Assembly: GCA_965178125.1 (NCBI GenBank)
Contig: OZ237751.1
Location: 124,001-188,000, forward strand
DNA length: 64,000 bases
Reading direction: 5' to 3'
From: Bilabrum cf. latius
Lineage: Eukaryota
Shown here: positions 26,081 to 36,150 of the stretch, in pieces
Layout of the letters: each line of letters starts with the position of its first letter
Position numbering within the stretch: the first letter of the stretch is position 1
Notes under the pieces: model-generated
Seen by the model: the letters and a program-made list of their open reading frames with translations, nothing else
Told to the model about the DNA's origin: nothing
The model's database searches: none
Translations under genes and position numbers: made by a program

Positions 26081-26255
26081 GCGGTCGGTGTCATGGCTTG
26101 GGTGGGTTTTTGGTATGCGGCGATGGGATGCACCTGCTGGCGATAGCCCCGTGTGCTTCCCTGCCAGCGAGATGGCGAACCGGTTGCTACTAGAACTAGT
26201 AGTTCTGAAACGTCGCAGCGGCTTGTACGTATCGAGCAAATCAGCATGATCGCGC

Positions 26256-26926
26256 TCATCCCTTGCTTTCTACATCGATCATCCCCTTTATTCCAACCAG
26301 ACGAGCGTTGGTGGCCGCCATCATGGCCTCGTATGTGTCCACGCAGGCGAGCACGTCGGAGCGGATCGCAGCAGCAGCCTCCCGGGCGCGATCGATCCTG
26401 CGCTCGAGCCGCTCTATTCGATCCCGGCTCTGCGGGGAGCTGCCAGCAAATATGACAGGGTCGCTTGCCCTTCCGGCAATTCTCTCCAATTCGTCGTAGC
26501 GTTTCGAAATTTCTGGAAGGCCGGGTGCCGCAGCTCGTAGCAACTACCTGCACGCCTCATCGCTGAGCTCAGCTTCGCCAGGAGCTGTCGTCTCTTCATC
26601 AAGCTATCCAATGGATCGAGATACCTCGGGGACGAGCTGCTTGACAGCCTCAACTGCGGTGAGATGAACATCACGCGAAATCAAAACTATGGGCAAACTG
26701 ATCAACATGCAGCTGGAGCTCCCCTGCCTGGATCGTACGGCTTACACGAATCAATCAGCTCCCTATAGTCCTTGTTGCTCGATACAGCGGCGGCCAAACT
26801 GCTTTCTATGGAAGCAATCCTAGCCAGGACTGGTTTTGAACTGGACGTTGTTGCCGTCGCAGATCCCGCCATCGAAGCCTCGAGAGCTGCGATGCGCTCT
26901 AAAATTGCAATGCTAGAGTGGTCCAT
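26256..26926 (-). CDS. Dynactin subunit p22/p24 (DCTN3)-like coiled-coil protein
   Basis: Exon 26926-26746, intron 26745-26654, exon 26653-26256 with two TAGs. LERIAALE at the N-terminus, LSDEACR*LLRA, and VLACVDTYEAMMAATNARLV at the C-terminus. Ends TGA. Confidence 0.55.
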
Positions 26927-27049
26927 GTGGGTCGTACGGATACGGAGCTGAAGCTTTAGTCTGCAAACGGCGGGCAGCTGATTTTGTTGCTCCGGATTTG
27001 ACCAGAGGTCTCACCAATAATGTGCCAGAGTTGCGTCTTTCGAGGTCTC

Positions 27050-27460
27050 ATGAGCGTTTTCCACACAGTCTTGGTATATTTCTTTGGGGTCGCGATCGCC
27101 CTTGCTGGAGGAGTGAAGGTTTTCTATCCCGTTGCGCTGGCAGATGATTTCGAAATCTTCTGGCGCGACATCTGGCAGCCGGTTCTCCCATTCTTTGGTT
27201 CTGCCGCCAATTTTGAGCTCTGTGTAGGCTTATCGGAGCTACTGGGAGGAATTCTGGTTCTTTTTGTCCCGCTTGTCCGTCGCCACGTTGCATTTGCAAT
27301 TGCGGCTATCCCTCTTACATGTGCCGTGTATACACACATTGTGGTAGGGGACAACAAATGGCAGCCTGCGGCCGTCCTTGCTGCTGTGGGACTATTAGTA
27401 GCAGTATGGCCTGCCCCAAAAGACGGGGCGGCGGCAAAAGATGCGAAGAAGGACACATGA
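27050..27460 (+). CDS. DoxX/TMEM35-like membrane protein
   Basis: Four hydrophobic segments with AGGVK, VGLSELLGGILVL and AVYTHIVVGD motifs. Ends TGA. Confidence 0.7.
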   Translation: MSVFHTVLVYFFGVAIALAGGVKVFYPVALADDFEIFWRDIWQPVLPFFGSAANFELCVGLSELLGGILVLFVPLVRRHVAFAIAAIPLTCAVYTHIVVGDNKWQPAAVLAAVGLLVAVWPAPKDGAAAKDAKKDT

Positions 27461-27755
27461 TATCCACGGGGCCTGCTGGGTGGAAGTGCCAGCCTGATGA
27501 ACGTCATCATCATTGCTGCTCTTATTGCTGTTGGGGTGAATATACAGATGCTTCAAAGCATTTCTAGCCTTTTGTGTTTTGCACTGCACATTGCAACCCC
27601 GCGCTAAATTCAATGATTGGCACTGGACTGCAGAGAGGCAGGCACAAGTGCCACCAGTGGCTCCCACAACGCGATCTCGGGAGTCCCCCGTTCGCTCCTG
27701 CCTCTATGCAGCTACCATTCGATCCCACCAAAGCGTGGCCAGCTTCGATTTCCTC

Positions 27756-29316
27756 TCACTCCTCCTTCTTGATGGCAATGTACGCGTGCACGTAGTCCAT
27801 CCCGTGGTCGTCAGGAGAGGCTGCCACCTCCTTCTCGTACCTCCCGTAGAACTCGTCCACCAGCGCCTGGCGCTCGTCAGCGCTGCGCTTGCTGCCGTCC
27901 AGCCCCGACAGGAACACGCCGGAGCTCCACGACCGCAGCGTGGGCAGGAAATCCTTGGCGAACGCCTCCGGGCTCTCGTAGTCCCCCTTGAGCCACCCCG
28001 CCCGGAAGGGGCACGGGGTCACCTTGGTCGTGATGGACTCCACCCTCAGCCCCGCCTTGTGCAGGGGGGAAGACTCGTCCTCGATGCAGGAAGTGAACTC
28101 GGCGGGCGCCCTGTAGTGCTGGGGAAAGTTGGTCGCCTCGTACTCGGCCTGGGTGATCTTGCCCTCCTTGGCCATCTCCTGCCAGATGCGGGAGAAATTC
28201 GAGTGCATCGACGACTTGGGCCCGCCGTGCGCCGCCGTGTTCCCCAGGTAGCATCCCTTGTCGTCCTGGCAGAAGTTGACCATGACGAGCCTCGCCCCGG
28301 GGGCCATCTCCTTGGCCCGCTGGGACAGGTTGAGCTCCCAGTCCTTGCTCGCCTGCGCCTGAAAGGCCTTGCGCTCCTCCTCCGTCGCCATGCTCGAGTG
28401 CAGCGCGTCCTTGATCGTACCAGGGGTGGTGCGCAGCCAGTGCATGGCGGTGGAAGAGTACCCGAAGTGCACCGAGCCGGAGGGAGAGCACTGCTGGTAG
28501 AACGAGAAGCCGGACGCCAGCACAAACACGTTCTCGAATTCGTCCAGGTACCTCGGCTCGGGGCCGTCCTCCATCATGCCTTGCATCATCAAAAAGAGCG
28601 GCTTGAAGTCGTTCGTCGGCTGGTCCTCGTACAGGACGGAGATTTCTTGGTCTCCCTTCTTGGCTCGCAAGGCCTTGATCAGGTCTCGCACGAGGAACAT
28701 GCTGGTTCCGCCTGCAAAAACAGATGAATGCTAGAAATTGAACTAAGAATAAATAGAAGCAAGCAGTTTTCACGAGGCTGAAGCCCATTGAGAGGACAAG
28801 GGGGCCCAGTGTTCGCCACCTAGCCTTGAACGGCAACCCGGCACAGCTATCAAGATCCTGCGTCTCACCATCAGCAGTGCCATAATCAGCGATAGTGAAT
28901 GCCCCGCTAGAAGGCATGGGAACCTTTGTGATCGCCTCGATGGAGAGGTCCTGCGTGGTTGGAGCGGGGGACTGGCCGAGAGACAAAGGAGAGTATCGAG
29001 CGTCAGGGGCAGCACAGCTCAGCTTGGCTCGAGTCAATTCTGCAGCCGCCGCGCGTTTCGAGATATTTGCTCACCTTAGAGTTCTCGCATACATCGAAGC
29101 ACCCCTTGGTTGCCTGCGAGTCCTTGCAACAGACAAGTCTTGCGAAAAGGGCAGTTGAAGTTGCGTCACATCGGATGCACATCATTGCCGCAATCGCGGA
29201 TTGTGGGCCGTGTATCTCACCTTGGTGTAGTAACCCCCGCCTCTCATCTCTCTAGACGACATATCTTCACCCTTTGGCGGAGCGCCGGCATCTGACTTTC
29301 CTGCTGCGGCGGCCAT
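27756..29316 (-). CDS. SABATH-family SAM-dependent carboxyl methyltransferase (Methyltransf_7)
   Basis: Exons 29316-29221, 29113-29075, 28950-28869 and 28711-27756. Motifs MRGGGYY, FTIADYGTADGGTS, YEDQPTNDF, SFYQQC, SSTAMHWL, QASKDW..RAKEMAPGARLV. No internal TAG; ends TGA. Confidence 0.85.
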
Positions 29317-29442
29317 GCTGTTGTTTATGCGTTTACACCTTGTGCGGCTGGCGGACTCCGTTGCACTCGTCACGGCAGACAAAACTGGCTCTCGCACCAC
29401 ACGTACTGGGACGCTACTACCACTTGATTTGGGCGGTTGCAT

Positions 29443-32400
29443 TCATTCAGGAACATCCCGCGATCTCCCGCCCCCAGCCTGCGCTGCAGGATCCGCGCCG
29501 CCGCTGTCCCCCCGCAGCATACGCAGCACCGACGCGTCCAGTCCATCCAGGCTACTGCCACTGCCACTGCCAGCGGTGCCAGCCTCCCTGGCACCCCCGC
29601 CGGGGCCCCGGGCACGCACTCCGTTCGAAGCGCTGCCACCCCCGCCAGCGGTGCTTCCGCTGGCATCGCCCCCTGCCCCGCCAGGGCCCTCGATCGCGAG
29701 CCTCCCCCGCCCCCTCCCGCCCCCACCCACCGAGCCACCACGGGATCCCTGGCCCTGACCGAGTGCCTGCCCGTGCCCATGCCCATGCCCATGCCCATGC
29801 CCCTACGCGCCACCTGCAGCAGAGCCCATCAGCAGTCGCTCCAGCTCGCGCACCGCCGCCTCGTCCTCGGCTGACATGGGACCCCCAGCACCACCCTGCA
29901 GTGCATCACCCAGCCCGCCGGCCCCTCCCAGCAACGCCTCGAGTCCCCCCAGCCCCATCATCCCGCCCTCTCCCGCTCCAAGCCCCGCCCCACTCCCCTC
30001 CCCCCCGCCACCTGCCCCCAGCCCCAGCATAGCCCCGAACGCCCCCTGCAGACCACCCTCCCGCCAGCCCCTAACCGCTCTGGATCCAGCCTCGCCCGCC
30101 GATGCCACCACCCCGGCCAGCCAAGCCGCCCTCGTCACCGCGGGCCCGCCCTCGCTGTCATCTGCATCTGCGCCCGCCTCCGCTGCTGCCGCCACACGGG
30201 CTGCCTGCACCACACGGTCCAGCCGGCTCAGGCGCCTGCCCCCACGCCTGCCTCCGTCCTGCTCGGCACCTTGACCACCACTGCCGCCCTATGCCTCACC
30301 CTCTCCCTCTCCCTCTCCCTCTCCATCCGAAGCACCCCCGTCCTCGTCCTCGTCCTCGTCCTCATCCTCCTCATCGCTGTCTATCCTCCCCCCCGCCCCT
30401 CCCCCCGTCACCTCCGCCCGCGCCTCCCTGGCTTCCCACGTGTCCTGCACACCGCTCACCTGCAGACCCACGCCGCTCGTGTACACCAGCCTCGCAGCCC
30501 GCCGCAGTCCCTCGCACTCGCCCAGCCGGCACGCGGGTGCAGGCGCTCCCGACTCGGAGGCAGCCCCCGTGCCCTCTGCCTCCCTTGTTCCCCCGAGGAA
30601 CAGACCCACCGCGCGTCCCGAGCTCCTCGTCATCGCTGCCAGCACGGTGCGGCCCTTTCCACTCTCTCCCGCATCCACGTCCGCCGCTGCCTCCAGCGCC
30701 ACCTCCGCCTCGCGAAGGGCCTTCACGGACACGCTGCCCACGGCCCACTGGCCCAGAGGGGACTCCACCACGTCCAGAACCTCCAGTAGCACGGCCCCAA
30801 CCCGCCTGCGAGCCGCCAGCGAGGGTCCAGTGCCCGCCAGCGAGGGTCCAGTGCCCGCCACACCAGCACCGGCACCAGCACCAGCAGCCACAGCACCAGC
30901 AGCACCATCGTTCTCGTCGACCGTGGTAGGAGGGTGGGACGAGGCAGACGAGTCGGAGCTATCGGCGCCGGGCCCCACGTCCACGCCACCTTCACTCGTC
31001 ACACCAACGTCTCTGCGTTCCCTGCCTCTCGCGGCCACGTACCCCAGCTTGTCTCCGTACTTGGTACCGGGCCCCGACCACAGCCCCTGAAAGGCCCGGG
31101 CAGACGAGGGCTCGAGCAGGAAGCGGTCCGTCTCGCCCCCCTGACCCTCGGCTCTGCCGTCAGGCGACGCGCCGCGCTTGGCACCAGAACGGACGCCCAC
31201 CCCAGCGCGCCTGCCAGCCCCGTCCAGTTCCGTCTCCGCCTCCGTCTCGCTGGCAAGCGCACTCGTCACACCGCTGGCGTCCCCCGGTGCACCGTCGCCC
31301 AGGCCCCATCCTGCCCCGCCCGTGCGGCCACCTCCAACACCCAGCCACGGGCCGGCACCCCCGTGCAATGCACCTGCACCACGGCGCCTCCCGACCCCCG
31401 GCAGCCGCGAGCGCCCCACCTCCGCTGCCAGCAGCGACTGAAGCAGCACGTGCCACATGCTTTGCGAGGAGGTTTTCGATTGGTCGACGCTGGTCTACGA
31501 TGCCCCGCTGGAGCCAATCGAGGCGCTAAGCATGCGACCCATGCGCCTCCAGGCGCCGCGCACCAGGCCAGACAGGGCCCCCTGCGGAACCGGATCATCC
31601 GCCCTGCTACCCGCGCACCCGTCCCCACCGAACCCCCCACCCTCGCCCCCCCCTGTTCCCTCCTGCACCGACAGCGCTCGGTCAAGACCCCCGGGCAGAC
31701 CCACACGCCAGGCCCGCCGCACCCGAACCGCATCACCCGCCGCCCCCAGCCCCGCCTGCATGAGCGCAGGGAACAAAAACCGCCGCACCACCGCCGCGAG
31801 GGCCTCGTCCAGCGCGTCCAGGTCTGCCTCTGCCTGCCCCGGCGCGAGCTCCACGCCCTCCTCGTCGTCCTGCTGCCACGCAGCCAACGCCGCACCTCTT
31901 CCGCTGGCGCTGGACCGCGGGCCAGCATCTGCACTGGTTGCCCCATCCGGGCCTCTCTCGTGCGTGGGTCCCCAGTCCCCTCCCTCCCCTTCCCGGCCCC
32001 CTTCCCTGTCCCCGCCTTGCTTGGCGTGCGGCCCGTCTGGGCCCGGGGCATTCATGCCCTTGCCCAGGTCCTCATCAGCAGTATCACTCGTCACACGTGC
32101 GGAGGCAAAGGCAGCGGCAGGCACGCCGGTCCAGGACCGCCGGAGCAGGTAGGTGCGGCGATTCCCGATGCGCTTGAGCCGAACGGCATGCGCTACGTGA
32201 GCTAGGACGTTCGCATGGGCCGCGCAGCATGCCACCGCAACGAGTCTTCCCAATCCGTCTCGCAGCAGAGCAGCTGCTGCCTGCTACACCCGGCGGCGTG
32301 CCTGCCGGGCGCGCCCCTGCATTTCTGTATCTGACTGCGATTCCGGCTCAGTCAGCCCAGAAGCCTAGCTTTGACCCTTTGCAATCTAAACTGCACCCTG

Positions 32401-32700
32401 TAGAGCAATCTTTAGTTCTGCGAGCAATGCATCCTGCGATTGCTGCGCAGAGTGCTGCGCTTCTGCTGCGATCACATCCGCAAGCACTCTGCAGGTTCGT
32501 TTCGCCGCGACGTCAATCAGGTCGCGTTGTCCGAGTAGCCGACGCCTGTGCTCTTTCTCTCGCGCAGAAAGATCTTCAAACTCATCGCGAATGCCAGGGA
32601 GCTCTTCGGCAATCTACTTGCCAACAGAGTATAGACCGTACAGGGCGGCACCGCCAGCGACGAGTCCCGATATGACCGGATACCGGCCAAACAGCGACAT
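29443..32700 (-). CDS. Divergent peroxin-3-like protein with long low-complexity insertions
   Basis: Single frame with 7 TAGs. The N-terminus MSLFGRYPVISGLVAGGAALYGLYSVGK*IAEE..AREKEHRRRL (TM plus basic helix) is hidden from the ORF track by four TAGs. Also GRLVAVAC..NRRTYL, ETDRFLLEP and VRELERLL. Ends TGA. Confidence 0.55.
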
Positions 32701-32918
32701 GCTAAGTCTAGACAGTAACCAAATTGATACAGCAGGCTAACTACTGCGGGTTATTCCACAGTCAAGCACAAATTAGCCAGTTTTGGTCTTGACAGCCTCG
32801 ATTTAGTAGTACTGCGTACTTATTGATATAATTTATGACTCCGGAGCATCACACAAGAGTTGGCAAACTTCGCATTTTTCAAGCTGGTGTGCGCATTTCT
32901 GGAGCAAGTTGCGCTCCA

Positions 32919-34228
32919 ATGAAACTTATCACACTATTTGTGGCAGCTTCGGTTGGGTCTCTTTCTCTTGCCTCAGAGTTTAAGCGCCAGTTGCTGCAAG
33001 ACGCCGCGAGGCTTGGAGCAGTTTGCCTTGATGGCACGCCAGGGGGATACTATATCCGTCCAGGTGTAGGAAATAGCGCCTAGAACTGGGTCATTCACCA
33101 CGAAGGCGGTGGATGGTGCGCCTTGAACACCACAGATCCTATGGTGGAAAGCTGTGATCATAGGTCAACGACTGCAATCGGATCTAGCAAGTCCTGGCCT
33201 GCCAGCGGCCTGCCTGGCATGGATGGAGGCGCGCATGGTATGCTAAGCAATGATTCCAGCATCAACCCCTTCTGGTGAGAGGTGCTATTCGTGAAGTACA
33301 GACCCGCCGTGCTTCTTCCGCGAATCGGGAAACATGATGCCTGGAAACTTGTCGGCCACCATGCCACGATGAACTATCAATACATGAACGCAGGGATTGG
33401 ACCATGGTGCACGTGAATTACTGCGACGGGGGCTCGTACGCTGGCAACCGAACTGACGCGGTGCACTCGCCGGCGGGCAACACCCTCTACTTTCGCGGCG
33501 CGCGCATCATCAGGGCCATATTTGACGAGCTTGTGACTATTCACGGCATCGGAAAGTCGGGAGGCACTGTCGTGCTGACTGGCACGAGCGCCGGCGGGCT
33601 GGCCACGTACCTGCACGCGGACAGGGAGGCCTCGTGGCTGCCCAGCGGAGCGAGGGCAGTGGCGGTGCCTGATGCGGGCTTCTTCCTGCCTTTGCCGCAG
33701 TGGGACGGGAAACCTTCTTGGCTGCCGTACTACCAGCAGATCGCGGAGGAGCAGGACGTGTGGGACAGCGTGAACGAGGGCTGCATGGCGGCGTATCCGG
33801 GGGAGCAGGAGCGCTGGCGGTGCTTCATGGCGCCGTTCACTGCCCCGTTCGTGCAGACTCCTCTGTTTATGCTGAACAGCCTCGCGGATGCGTGGCAGAT
33901 GGCCAACATCGTGCGGCTGCCCTGCCTCAAGGGGCACACGCCCACCAACTGCAGTCCCGCGGAGCTGGCTGCCCTGCGGAACGTGCGCACGACGATGCTG
34001 GGGTTCATGGACGGCGTGCTGGACAAGGCAGGCGTGGGGGCGTTCTTGGACACGTGTTTGTACCATGGGGAGGAGGGCCTCGATTATCGGTGGGACAAGC
34101 AGGTGGTGGGGGGCCAAACGATGCGGGACACGGTGTGGCACTGGGTGACAGGGCAGGGGCCGGCCGGCACCAAGCCGCAGGTGATCGACGGCCCCTGGCC
34201 AAGCAAGAACACGTGCCAATTTAGCTGA
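32919..34228 (+). CDS. Secreted pectin acetylesterase/Notum-family hydrolase, copy A
   Basis: Signal peptide, AVCLDGTPGGYY, GGGWC, YCDGGSYAG, GTSAGG nucleophile motif, ADAWQ, CLYH. TAG at 33081; intron 33275-33393; ends TGA. Confidence 0.9.
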
Positions 34229-34444
34229 TTGTTTCGTCATATAATTGTACCACATCTTCTTGCGCTAGTGCGGGGACGTCCTTGGCAAGCATCTCGCGGC
34301 TTCGCAAAGCCATGATCACTTGTCATCAATCACGAGCTTAACAACAGCAGTGCCAGTCCGATCCAGAATCCGGATGACCAGCTCCTCCTCTCAGCGAGTC
34401 CGGAAGCAGCCCCACCGCTCACGGCCAAGTCCAGGCACGTTTGC

Positions 34445-35766
34445 TCAGGCCGGTGCCTGGCAGTGCTTGTTGCTTGGCCAGGGACCGTCGATCACCTGCG
34501 GCTTGGTGCCGGCCGGCCCCTGCCCTGTTACCCAGTGCCACACCGTGTCCCGAATTGTTTGCCCGTCCACCGTCTGTTTCGTCCAAATAGTTGTGTGGTC
34601 CAGGTCTCCATGTAAAATGCAGGAATCCAAGAACGCCCCCACGCCTGCCTTGTCCAGCACGCCGTCCATGAACCCCAGCATCGTCGTGCGCACGTTCCGC
34701 AGGGCAGCCAGCTCCGCGGCACTGCAGTTGGTGGGTACGTTGTGCTTCAAGCAGGGCAGCCGCACGATGTTGGCCATCTGCCACGCATCCGCGAGGCTGT
34801 TCAGCATAAACAGAGGAGTCTGCACGAACGGGGCAGTGAACGGCGCCATGAAGCACCGCCAGCGCTCCTGCTCCCCCGGATACGCCGCCATGCAGCCATC
34901 GTTCACGCTGTCCCACACGTCCTGCTCCTCCGCGATCTGCTGGTAGTACGGCAGCCAAGAAGGTTTCCCGTCCCACTGCGGCAAAGGCAGGAAGAAGCCC
35001 GCGTCAGGCACCGCCACTGCCCTCGCTCCGCTGGGCAGCCACGAGGCCTCCCTGTCCGCGTGCAGGTACGTGGCCAGCCCGCCGGCGCTCGTGCCAGTCA
35101 GCACGACAGTGCCTGTGCTCGCATCCAAGCCGTGATCCTATTTAAGCTCGTCAAATATGGCCCTGATGATGCGCGCGCCGCGAAAGTAGAGGGTGTTGCC
35201 CGCCGGCGAGTGCACCGCGTCAGTTCGGTTGCCAGCGTACGAGCCCCCGTCGCAATAATTCACGTGCACCATGGTCCAATCCCTGCGTTCATGTATTGAT
35301 AGCTCATCGTGGCATGGTGGCCGACTAGTTTCCAGGCATCATGTTTCCCGATTCGCGGAAGAAGCACGCCGGATCTGTGCTTCCCAATTGCTACCTCTCA
35401 CCAGAAGGGGTTGATACTGGAATCATTGCTTAGCATACCCTGAGCGCCGCCATACACCGGAATGATACCGTGCCGGGGCCAAACGGTGCTGGTCCCGAGA
35501 AACGTAGTGGAACGCTTGTCGCAGCTCCCAACCATGGGATCCGTGGTGTTCAAGGCGCACCACCCGCCACCCATGTGGTGAATGATCCAATTTTTTGCTC
35601 CAGCTCCGATACCAGGCCTGAAATAGTACCCACCCGGCGACCCATCCAAGCAAAGGGCGCCGATGGCCTCTGCGTTTTGCACCAAGTGCAGCTCGAACTC
35701 CTCAGCGACGGCTACACTCAGCCCAGCAGTAGCGAGAATTAAGCTAAAAATGCAGGGAGCTTGCAT
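34445..35766 (-). CDS. Secreted pectin acetylesterase/Notum-family hydrolase, copy B (inverted paralog)
   Basis: Same motifs as copy A (ALCLDGSPGGYY, GTSAGG, CILH). Intron 35401-35283 is 119 nt, as in copy A. One in-frame TAG (ELK*DHG); ends TGA. Confidence 0.9.
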
Positions 35767-36150
35767 TTCCCTGGACTTGGCGAAATATAATGTCGCAGGA
35801 ATGCCGGAGCCTGGTGCGGACATGGGTTCCGGATTTTGTGAGACTGCCTGCGGCAGCGAGGCTATTGCGATAGGCAGACGAAAAGTAGGCAATGGAACTA
35901 TTCCATGGTACCAGGGATAGGACGGGCCTCTCGAAGGTTCGGACTCCCGCTGCGATCACCCCACACCGCCTCGCGAACCGGCTACGCGGCTACGGTACCT
36001 CACCTGATGAGGAAGTGATGACAGTGCCCAGCGGGCCACTGGCAGTAGCCATCCATCTGGATGGGACGGGTTGGGGGTAGGGTTTGGTAGGGTCGGGCGG
36101 GGCAAATCGGCGAAACATGTACTGGCCGTCGCACAAATTATACTGCCCCT

